Source of the DNA: an uncultured Clostridia bacterium
Lineage (GTDB): Bacteria; Bacillota; Clostridia; TANB77; CAG-508
Direction: 5' to 3'
NCBI GenBank assembly: GCA_944393735.1
Contig: CALYBE010000003.1
Location: 1-34,900, forward strand
DNA: 34,900 nt
A program made the translations under genes and the position numbers. This document shows, one piece after another, positions 1-7,548 of the stretch (the stretch's first letter is position 1; each line of letters starts with the position of its first letter). The notes below the pieces were generated by a model. That model saw only the letters and a list, made by a program, of their open reading frames with translations, searched no databases and had not been told where the DNA came from.

Positions 1-212
1 TATGCATTTTTTACTCCTGTTTCTTTAAATAATTTGTCTGTGTAGTTTTGTATGTTTTCCCATATTGCATAGCCATATGGTCTTATTGCTATACATCCTT
101 TTGTTTCTGTATAATCAGCTAATTCAGCTTTTCTTACAACATCTGTATACCATTGTGCAAAATCATCATCTATATTTGTTATTTCTTTTACAAAGTTTTT
201 ATTATCTCCCAT
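1..212 (-). CDS. proS: Proline--tRNA ligase (type-II, archaeal/eukaryote-like ProRS), N-terminal ~70 codons only; the gene runs off the left edge
   Basis: Not in the ORF track because it is truncated. The reverse complement from the ATG at 212..210 reads [70 protein letters not shown]. The WY..V..AEL.DY...KG....RP.GYAIWE.IQ pattern is the conserved N-terminus of type-II ProRS. Confidence 0.8.
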   Translation of the reverse strand, partial: MGDNKNFVKEITNIDDDFAQWYTDVVRKAELADYTETKGCIAIRPYGYAIWENIQNYTDKLFKETGVKNA

Positions 213-242
213 TTTTCTTTCCTTTCTAAAACCTGCTTTTTT

Positions 243-812
243 TCAGGCTTTTTCTGATTTTTCTTCAATTATTTCATCAATTACAATTTGCCTATTTGCA
301 TCTAACTTGTATTTCGGCAGTTCAGGTAACCTATCTAAACTTTCATACCCAAACATTTTTAAAAATTCTGGTGTTGTCCTATATGTAGTTGGTTTGCCGG
401 GGAGATCAGCTTTCCCTGCCTCTTCAATTAATCCATAATCTAGTAATTTGTAAATTGTACCATCACAATTTACTCCCCTTATTGCCTCTATTTCTGCTCT
501 AGTTGCTCTAGGATTATATGCAATTATTGCCAATGTTTCTAATGCTGCTGGTGATAGATTTGGTTTTGTTCTTTTATCTAATATTGGATATATATATTCA
601 TAATATTCTGGCTTACTACTTAATTGATATCCATTTTCTACTCTGATTATTTCTATTCCTCTTGTTTTATAATCTTCTTTCATATTTCTAATTATTTTTT
701 TTATTTGCTCTTTATCTAATTCTAATACTAGCATTAACTCTTCTTCTGTAACTACTCTTCCTGCTGCAAATAATATTGCTTCTATTATTGATTTTATTTT
801 TTCTTCTTCCAT
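243..812 (-). CDS. scpB: Segregation and condensation protein B (ScpB)
   Basis: 189 aa. The N-terminus IIEAILFAAGRVVTEEEL and the motifs LSPAALETLAIIAYNPRATRAEIEAIRGV are typical ScpB winged-helix repeats. No scpA lies directly upstream in this window. Confidence 0.85.
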   Translation of the reverse strand: MEEEKIKSIIEAILFAAGRVVTEEELMLVLELDKEQIKKIIRNMKEDYKTRGIEIIRVENGYQLSSKPEYYEYIYPILDKRTKPNLSPAALETLAIIAYNPRATRAEIEAIRGVNCDGTIYKLLDYGLIEEAGKADLPGKPTTYRTTPEFLKMFGYESLDRLPELPKYKLDANRQIVIDEIIEEKSEKA

Positions 813-1017
813 TTTATTTTCATCCCTTTCTCAAGGTAACTTTTCTGTATAATTTTTCTATTTGAATGTTTATATTTTCTCATGTTTTAGGGTTTATGTC
901 AAGTTTTTAAATTTAAAAATTTTCAATATTTATTTACTTTTGAGCCAATTTGTGTTAAGATTTAAGAAATAACATAAGAATATTAAAATATAAAAATATA
1001 TAAGGAGTGTATAAATT

Positions 1018-1239
1018 ATGTCAGAAGAAAGAGAAGAAAAAGAAGTAATAGAAGAAGAAAATGATGAAAAAAAAGGAGAAAAAAAACTTGAAGTTGTAAC
1101 TGGTGATGGTTCAAATTTAGATATTTCTCCTGTTTATGAGCACATAAATGCTGCAAAGCCAAAAGTTAAAGAGCAAAACCCAAAAAATATTATAGTACCA
1201 ACTGATAAAAAATTAAAAAAATCAAAAAGCAAAAAATAA
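1018..1239 (+). CDS. Small Glu/Lys-rich hypothetical protein (73 aa); the only plausible plus-strand gene
   Basis: AAGGAG lies 10 nt upstream of the ATG. The ORF sits in an otherwise empty intergenic region and is followed by an intrinsic terminator. The composition is low-complexity and no family is recognised. Confidence 0.4.
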   Translation: MSEEREEKEVIEEENDEKKGEKKLEVVTGDGSNLDISPVYEHINAAKPKVKEQNPKNIIVPTDKKLKKSKSKK

Positions 1240-1250
1240 TAGTAATAAAT

Positions 1251-1298
1251 AAAAAAACTCAATTATTAAAATTTTTAAATCTAATAATTGAGTTTTTT
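1251..1298. terminator. Bidirectional intrinsic terminator between the small plus-strand ORF and mreB
   Basis: Perfect 11-bp stem: ctcaattatta (1258-1268) pairs with taataattgag (1282-1292) around a 13-nt loop. An A7 run lies on the left and a T6 run on the right, so it should work on both strands. Confidence 0.75.
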
Positions 1299-1345
1299 AT
1301 ATAGTCACTATTCTTTATTTCTTATTCATTATTTTTTTCTATCCA

Positions 1346-2341
1346 CTATTTTCTATCTAAGTTATCTAAATTATCTAATGCCTTTCCTGTTCCAAGTGCA
1401 ACACATGAAACTGCATCATTTGCAATCATAACATTAATTCCTGTTTTTTCTTGTAAAAGTCTATCTAAACCGTCTATCAAGCATCCTCCACCTGTCATAT
1501 AAATTCCTCTATCACTTATATCTGCTGAAAGTTCTGGTGGTGTTTTTTCTAAAACAGAATGTACAGCTTCTACAATCATCATTGCTGGTTCAATTAATGC
1601 TTCAAGCATTTCACTTGAATATACTGTTATATTTTTTGGCAATCCTGTTGCAAGATCTCTACCTCTAATTTCCATTTCTGTATCTTGAATTTTTGGATAT
1701 ACACATCCTATATTGATTTTTAGGTCTTCTGCAGTTCTTTCGCCAATCATTACATTATGTTTCTTTTTGATATATTTTACTATTGCTTCATCAAATTTAT
1801 CTCCTGCTACTTTAAGAGATGTACTTTCTACAGAACCTCCAAGAGAAATAACAGCTATATCTGTTGTTCCTCCACCAATATCTACAACCATATTTCCACA
1901 TGGTTTTGCAATATCTATTCCTGCACCAATAGCTGCTGCAATTGGTTCTTCTATTAAAAACACTTTACGGGCTCCAGCTTGTGTTGCAGCATCAATTACA
2001 GCTTTCTTTTCAACCTCAGTAACTCTTGATGGTATACATATCATTGTTCGTGGTGAAAATATTGATTTTCCATTTATTTTGCCTATAAAGTATTTCAACA
2101 TTTTCTCTGTTACAGTATAATCTGATATTACACCTTCTCTTAATGGTCTTGTTGCTACTATATTTCCTGGTGTTCTTCCAAGCATACGTCTTGCTTCTTG
2201 ACCTACAGCTAAAACTTCCTTTGTATTATTGTCTACAGCAACTACTGATGGTTCTCTTAAAACCACCCCTTTTCCTTTTACATATGCAATTACTGTTGCT
2301 GTTCCTAAGTCGATTCCTATATCTTGACCTAAACCAAACAT
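1346..2341 (-). CDS. mreB: MreB/Mbl-family actin-like rod-shape protein
   Basis: 331 aa. MFGLGQDIGIDLGTATV, EPIAAAIGAG, VVDIGGGTTDIAV and GIYMTGGG are the actin-fold phosphate and adenosine motifs of MreB. No mreC or mreD follows it. Confidence 0.9.
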   Translation of the reverse strand: MFGLGQDIGIDLGTATVIAYVKGKGVVLREPSVVAVDNNTKEVLAVGQEARRMLGRTPGNIVATRPLREGVISDYTVTEKMLKYFIGKINGKSIFSPRTMICIPSRVTEVEKKAVIDAATQAGARKVFLIEEPIAAAIGAGIDIAKPCGNMVVDIGGGTTDIAVISLGGSVESTSLKVAGDKFDEAIVKYIKKKHNVMIGERTAEDLKINIGCVYPKIQDTEMEIRGRDLATGLPKNITVYSSEMLEALIEPAMMIVEAVHSVLEKTPPELSADISDRGIYMTGGGCLIDGLDRLLQEKTGINVMIANDAVSCVALGTGKALDNLDNLDRK

Positions 2342-2368
2342 ATTAAATTCAATCCTTTCGCACTTTTT

Positions 2369-2746
2369 CTATTTTTTAATATTCATTATGATTACTCCTG
2401 CAATTATAAGTAGCGCTCCCCCAATTGTTGTAAATGAAAATTTTTCTTTTAAAAATATTATTGAAGCTATAACTATACAGGCTTGTGCTATTCCATTGCA
2501 TATTGGTGAAATGTAACTTACATTTTCAAACATCATTATTATTCTTGTAAATAATAAGAAACTTATTATATAACATATAAATCCTAATGCACTTATCCAG
2601 CTTATGCTAAAACTGAATTCTCCAGAGCCTACTTCTATTTTTCCTGCATTTCCACCTTTTTTCATTAATATTAAGCCTGATACCGTAAATAATATATATA
2701 TTACTATCATTAATATTCTCATTATATTTTTTCTCCTTATTCCCAT
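2369..2746 (-). CDS. Small 4-TM membrane protein, half-size DMT/EamA-like (ArnE/F-like); candidate lipid-linked sugar flippase
   Basis: About 4 hydrophobic helices. The C-terminal GGALLIIAGVIIMN is typical of EamA/SMR-like helices. The gene lies next to a polyprenol-phosphate GT2. The true start may be the second ATG at 2722, which has AAGGAG 10 nt upstream. Confidence 0.55.
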   Translation of the reverse strand: MGIRRKNIMRILMIVIYILFTVSGLILMKKGGNAGKIEVGSGEFSFSISWISALGFICYIISFLLFTRIIMMFENVSYISPICNGIAQACIVIASIIFLKEKFSFTTIGGALLIIAGVIIMNIKK

Positions 2747-2834
2747 TTTTATACATTTTCCTTTCTAAAAAGTACAATTAATTTGCTTTTAAAAGAAACT
2801 TGTTTTGAGTTAATTTATCAAAGTAAAACAAAAT

Positions 2835-3785
2835 TTATTTATTGTTTTCATCTTTTTCTGTTTCTTTAACTATGTATATAGGTCTCTTTTTTACTTCCAG
2901 ATATGTTTTAGATAAATATTGCCCTATTATTCCAATGGTGAATAATTGTATTCCACTTACAAAAACAATTATGCATACAAGAGATGGCCAACCAGATGTA
3001 GGGTCTCCAAATACTAAGGTTCTTACTATTATAAGTATTATTGCAAAAAATGCAACAACACAGAAAAATAATCCTAATACTGATGATAAAATTAATGGTG
3101 TTGTTGAAAATGCTGTAATTCCTTCTATTGCATATTTAAATAATTTCCAAAATGACCATTTAGTTTCTCCTGCTACTCTTTCTACATTTTCATATTCAAT
3201 CCACTTTGTGTCAAACCCAACAAAACTAAATAATCCTTTTGAGTATCTATTATATTCTCTTAATGAAATTATTGCTTGTACTACTTTTCTTTTCATTAAT
3301 CTATAATCTCTTGCTCCGTCTACCATTTCTATGTCTGACATTTTATTTATTATTTTATAAAACATTCTTGCGAAGAAACTTCTTATTGCTGGCTCTCCTT
3401 TTCGTGTTACTCTTCTTGTTCCAACTTGGTCATATCCTTCGTTTTTGATTACATCATACATTTGCTTTAATAGAGCTGGTGGATCTTGTAAGTCTGCATC
3501 CATTAGAGTTACATAGTCACCTTCTGCTGCGTCTAAGCCAGCTAACATTGCTGCTTCTTTTCCAAAATTTCTTGAAAATGATATATATCTTACTTTACTA
3601 TCTTGTGCTCTTAATTTTTTCATTATTTCTAAAGTTTTGTCTCTTGAACCATCATTTACAAAAATGTATTCAAAGTCTGCAACACCTTCAAAATCTTGTT
3701 TTCTTACTCTTTCCATTTCTTCGTAAAATAATGGTAATGCTTTTTCCTCATTATAACATGAAACTACTACAGATATTTTTTCCAC
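2835..3785 (-). CDS. GT2 polyprenol-phosphate glycosyltransferase (CsbB/GtrB/ArnC-like) with two C-terminal TM helices
   Basis: 316 aa with a GTG start preceded by GGAAGGAG. VVSCYNEE, VNDGSRD, FSRNFGKEAA and the DADLQDPP (DxD) motif, plus a C-terminal TM pair, are the GtrB/CsbB architecture. Confidence 0.85.
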   Translation of the reverse strand: MEKISVVVSCYNEEKALPLFYEEMERVRKQDFEGVADFEYIFVNDGSRDKTLEIMKKLRAQDSKVRYISFSRNFGKEAAMLAGLDAAEGDYVTLMDADLQDPPALLKQMYDVIKNEGYDQVGTRRVTRKGEPAIRSFFARMFYKIINKMSDIEMVDGARDYRLMKRKVVQAIISLREYNRYSKGLFSFVGFDTKWIEYENVERVAGETKWSFWKLFKYAIEGITAFSTTPLILSSVLGLFFCVVAFFAIILIIVRTLVFGDPTSGWPSLVCIIVFVSGIQLFTIGIIGQYLSKTYLEVKKRPIYIVKETEKDENNK

Positions 3786-3827
3786 TTCTTGCTCCTTCCC
3801 AAAATCTAAGTAACTATAATTTTGCTT

Positions 3828-5315
3828 TTATTTTGATACTAATATTTTATTATTATAAAATTTTGAAGTTTTCATTAGTTCACTATTTAGGTATTCTAGT
3901 CCATATTTTTCAATTAAAGTTTGCTCATTTGAGAATAAGTTTGTTCCAAGTCCTAGTCTATTTCCTTCAATTGTTGCTCCTAATGCTGCAAGTGTTGTAG
4001 GATATAAATCCATTGTAGAATATAATCTGCTTTTGGTATTTTCTGCTTCTATTGCTGAATTTATTATAATGCTTACTGTTGTTTTATCATAATTTTGTCC
4101 TTCTTCTAATTCAAAGAAGTTTGATTGCATACTTAAATGGTCTCCTGCTATTACTATTGTTGTATTATCATAAAAATCTTGAGCTTGAATCCATTTTATG
4201 AATTCACCAACTCGTTTACTTGAACAAGCTATTACGTTTTTATATTGTTCGTCAAATTTATTTGGGCAATCTTTACATAGGTATCCATCTTGAAAATGTG
4301 TATCTGCTGTTAGCATTGTAAAATTAAATGGTTGATCTTGACTTGCCAGATTTAAAATTTTCTCTTTAGCAATTTCAAAAAGCATATCATCTGTAAATCC
4401 CCACCAGATTTTTTCACTTACTCTATTTTCTTCTAAAGCGGAATTAAAATCCCAAATTTCATAATTTCCATGTTGGGTAAATAGTTTATTTCTTCCTGCA
4501 AATTGTGATTCAGAGCCTAATAATAGAAAATTATGATATCCATTTGCTTCTAAAACTTGACCTATAGAATATACCCCACCTAAGAATACATTATATTCTC
4601 CTAGTGAATTATCATCTATTGTTAGTTTAAGTGGAACTCCAGCAGTTTGTGCAGTCATTGCACCTACTGTCCAAGTTGTTCCATATAACGTATATGCTCC
4701 TCCTAATTTATCTGTATTAGAAAAGTTTATATTTTCTTTTGCAAGTTTTGAAATTTCTGGTATTAAGTCTTTATCTGATAAGCCTCCATCTTTTACTGAA
4801 TAAAAAGTAGACTCCATTGATTCCAGAAAAATATATATTAAATTTCTTTTTTCTTCTGGGAAATCTATTTCTGTTTTTGATGGATCAACATATTCATCTT
4901 CTATTAGTGTTGAACTGTCTCTTTGATTGCTTATATAAGCTTTAATGTCTGTTGCATTTACAGCTTTATTTACAGATACTATCATTATTAATACAGCTAA
5001 ACAAGAACTTGCTATTATTGTTCTTTTTCTTCCTTTTGTATGTATTTCTTTTATTATTTTTACGTCTTTTGCTATTGGGTATATTAATACAAATGAAATT
5101 ACTATTGTGGCTAATATTATTTTCCATAAACATTCTTTAATATATGTATATATTAAACTTGTATCTGTTCCTTCCATTGGTACTTTTAGGTGAAATACTA
5201 TTTCATCAAATGTTAAATTTTCAAAAGTATTATATAACCAATCTACTGAGATTGTTACTCCAAATGCTACTAAAAGACAAAAAACTATAAAAATTCCTAT
5301 AATTCTTTTTTTCAT
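3828..5315 (-). CDS. LTA-synthase/sulfatase-family membrane-anchored transferase (LtaS/OpgB/GacH-like extracytoplasmic domain)
   Basis: 495 aa with N-terminal TM helices followed by an alkaline-phosphatase-superfamily domain. NLIYIFLESMES, TADTHF and GDH match LtaS-family metal and nucleophile motifs. Confidence 0.7.
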   Translation of the reverse strand: MKKRIIGIFIVFCLLVAFGVTISVDWLYNTFENLTFDEIVFHLKVPMEGTDTSLIYTYIKECLWKIILATIVISFVLIYPIAKDVKIIKEIHTKGRKRTIIASSCLAVLIMIVSVNKAVNATDIKAYISNQRDSSTLIEDEYVDPSKTEIDFPEEKRNLIYIFLESMESTFYSVKDGGLSDKDLIPEISKLAKENINFSNTDKLGGAYTLYGTTWTVGAMTAQTAGVPLKLTIDDNSLGEYNVFLGGVYSIGQVLEANGYHNFLLLGSESQFAGRNKLFTQHGNYEIWDFNSALEENRVSEKIWWGFTDDMLFEIAKEKILNLASQDQPFNFTMLTADTHFQDGYLCKDCPNKFDEQYKNVIACSSKRVGEFIKWIQAQDFYDNTTIVIAGDHLSMQSNFFELEEGQNYDKTTVSIIINSAIEAENTKSRLYSTMDLYPTTLAALGATIEGNRLGLGTNLFSNEQTLIEKYGLEYLNSELMKTSKFYNNKILVSK

Positions 5316-5327
5316 CTATTCTCTCTC

Positions 5328-6335
5328 TTATTTCTGCTTTTTTTGGATATATCTCCATGAGTCTTGGCACATATCTTTTAATGTTTTAGTTGCTTCCCAA
5401 CCTAATTCTTCTTTTGCTTTAGTTGGGTCTGAATAACATGTTGCAATATCTCCTGGTCTACGTTCTACTATTTTATATTTTACTTCTTTTCCTGTTGCAT
5501 CTTCAAATGCTTTTACCATGTCTAATACACTATATCCTATACCTGTTCCAAGATTATAAATATATATTCCTGTTTGCTCTTTTTCAAGTTTTTCTAATGC
5601 TTTTATATGTCCTTTGGCTAAATCTACAACATGAATATAGTCTCTTACTCCTGTTCCATCTGGTGTATCATAATCATTTCCAAATACTGATAATTGTTCT
5701 AATTCTCCTGATGCAACTCTTGCTACATATGGCATTAAATTATTTGGAATTCCTTGTGGCTCTTCTCCAATTAGTCCACTTTCGTGTGCACCTACTGGGT
5801 TGAAGTATCTTAATATTGCTATATCCCAACTGTTATCTGATTTATATAAATCTTGCAATATTTGCTCTATAAATAATTTTGATGTTCCATATGGGTTTGT
5901 TGTTCCTCCTACTTTAGATTCTTCTGTAATTGGAACTACTTCCGGGTCTCCATATACAGTTGCAGATGAACTGAATATGAATTTTTTTACATTATATTTT
6001 TTCATTGTTTCTAGTAATACTATTGCACCAGATACATTATTTTCATAATATTCTAATGGTTTCTTTACAGATTCTCCTACTGCTTTATATCCTGCAAAAT
6101 TTAGTACTGCTTCTATTTTATTTTCTTTAAATACTTTTTCTAAAGCTTCTCTATCTAAATAATTTATTTCATAAAATTTGAAATCTTTTTTTGTTATTTC
6201 TTTTATTTTTTCTAATACTTCTTTTTTACTGTTTGAAAAGTTATCTATTATAACTACTTCTCTCCCTGCATTTAATAATTCTACAACTGTATGGCTTCCT
6301 ATATATCCTGCGCCACCTGTAACTAATATTGACAT
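5328..6335 (-). CDS. galE: UDP-glucose 4-epimerase
   Basis: 335 aa. The GGAGYIGSH Rossmann motif, the SSSATVYG...YGTSK catalytic S/YxxxK pattern and overall GalE-like sequence. Confidence 0.9.
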   Translation of the reverse strand: MSILVTGGAGYIGSHTVVELLNAGREVVIIDNFSNSKKEVLEKIKEITKKDFKFYEINYLDREALEKVFKENKIEAVLNFAGYKAVGESVKKPLEYYENNVSGAIVLLETMKKYNVKKFIFSSSATVYGDPEVVPITEESKVGGTTNPYGTSKLFIEQILQDLYKSDNSWDIAILRYFNPVGAHESGLIGEEPQGIPNNLMPYVARVASGELEQLSVFGNDYDTPDGTGVRDYIHVVDLAKGHIKALEKLEKEQTGIYIYNLGTGIGYSVLDMVKAFEDATGKEVKYKIVERRPGDIATCYSDPTKAKEELGWEATKTLKDMCQDSWRYIQKKQK

Positions 6336-6461
6336 ATTAATCTCTTCCTTTCTTTTTTTATTTATAAGCTTACATCTATTAAGACAAAGCTCTTTTATTT
6401 GTCAAAAAAATCACTTTTTTATTTAATAATATATTGGATGTGATTCTTAAAATTTGCCCTA

Positions 6462-6490
6462 ATTTTATCACTAAAATTAATTTTTTTCAA
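6462..6490 (-). promoter_or_regulatory. Putative sigma-A promoter for the galE operon
   Basis: The minus strand reads TTGAAA (6490-6485), a 17-nt spacer, then TAAAAT (6467-6462) with an extended -10 TG (agTGaTAAAAT). A second candidate has a perfect TTGACA at 6405-6400 but a weak -10. Confidence 0.45.
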
Positions 6491-6539
6491 TAGTTTAAAA
6501 AAATTTAGAATTTCTAATGGCTTTTATATAATTTGATTT

Positions 6540-6629
6540 AAATAGTTATATATTAATATTTTTAGACAAAACATAGCTAGGGTGTAACAATCCGGGTCTT
6601 GTCTGCAAAATATTAATATATAACTATTT
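6540..6629. repeat. Palindromic intergenic element, copy 1 (23-bp perfect arms, 44-nt core)
   Basis: Arms aaatagttatatattaatatttt (6540-6562) and aaaatattaatatataactattt (6607-6629) are exact reverse complements. The core is tagacaaaacatagctagggtgtaacaatccgggtcttgtctgc. Homologous copies occur at 12605-12696 and 29256-29345. Confidence 0.9.
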
Positions 6630-6674
6630 TTCTCAATATTATGCATAAAAGTTATTATTATACACACATAAAAG

Positions 6675-6720
6675 CAGATCTATTTTTTCAAATATTATAA
6701 AACTTGAAAAAATAAATCTG
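6675..6720 (-). terminator. Intrinsic terminator after the 266-aa gene (end of the hydrolase operon)
   Basis: A 17-bp stem (6675-6691 with 6704-6720) and a 12-nt loop. The single mismatch becomes a G-U pair in the minus-strand RNA. The stem is followed on the minus strand by CUUUUAU, and a T-run also lies on the plus side. Confidence 0.6.
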
Positions 6721-6732
6721 TCTTTTTTACAT

Positions 6733-7533
6733 TTATTTTTTTATTAAGTCAAATAAGTTCATTAAACTCATAAAAATTTCATCAGTAGTTAACTTTTCAT
6801 ATTTATTTTCAGAAACAAATATTATCATCTTATTTTCATCTTTACAATAATCATATGTCTGATATGCATCTAGTTCATTATAAGGATTATCTACAATTTC
6901 GCCTGTTACAGTATCTACCATATAATATACACTAGAAATACTTATTACATATTGTTTATCATCATTAATTGCCTCTTCAATTTTTTTATCATATTCTGTC
7001 TGATCGTTTTTTTGTGATATTTGCAAGTAACCCTCTTCATTAATCTCATACTTAGATTTTAAATATTGATTATTGTTTAAATATGATAATACCTGTGTTC
7101 TATCATTTGGTTCTATCCAAACTCCATATAGTTTAGGCTTATTTTGTTCATACAATGAGTCTAGTTCGTCAAAACTTGGTTTACCATTTTTTATCATACC
7201 GCAAAAAGCTACTTGATAATTTATACTAGGTTTTACATTAAGTACTTGCCTACCATCATTTTCTGTTTCAACTTCATATAAATCATTATCTCCAGTAATT
7301 TTATATTCTTCTTTTAGTTCATCTATACTAGAATCTTCTTTATACATTACTGAATTTTCCTTCATTTCTGCATAATCTTTTTCAAATTCTTGATTTATAT
7401 TATTTTCTTGGCTTTCATTATTTTTTTCTTTTTTTAATTTGTATTTCATGAATACAGAAAAAATCACTCCTAAACAAATAATTGCTATTATAACAAAAAT
7501 AATTAAAATTTTCTTTTTATTATTCATTTTCAA
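6733..7533 (-). CDS. Hypothetical membrane-anchored extracytoplasmic protein (266 aa)
   Basis: N-terminal KKK plus one TM helix (ILIIFVIIAIICLGVIFSVF), then an acidic linker and a ~170-aa domain with no family I recognise. It has a TTG start with AAGGA 7 nt upstream and begins 16 nt after the M14 gene stop. Confidence 0.6.
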   Translation of the reverse strand: MKMNNKKKILIIFVIIAIICLGVIFSVFMKYKLKKEKNNESQENNINQEFEKDYAEMKENSVMYKEDSSIDELKEEYKITGDNDLYEVETENDGRQVLNVKPSINYQVAFCGMIKNGKPSFDELDSLYEQNKPKLYGVWIEPNDRTQVLSYLNNNQYLKSKYEINEEGYLQISQKNDQTEYDKKIEEAINDDKQYVISISSVYYMVDTVTGEIVDNPYNELDAYQTYDYCKDENKMIIFVSENKYEKLTTDEIFMSLMNLFDLIKK

Positions 7534-7548
7534 TTTGCATTCCTTTAT

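Noticed and set aside
6540-6629. The palindromic elements as integron attC sites, a small RNA/tRNA gene, or a classical MITE.
   Set aside because: I found no R/L box pattern (RYYYAAC...GTTRRRY) at the ends, and the supposed cassettes of 6 and 16 kb are far too large for integron cassettes. There is no tRNA-like cloverleaf or known ncRNA motif. No target-site duplication flanks any copy, so MITE status is unproven, though not excluded (see findings).
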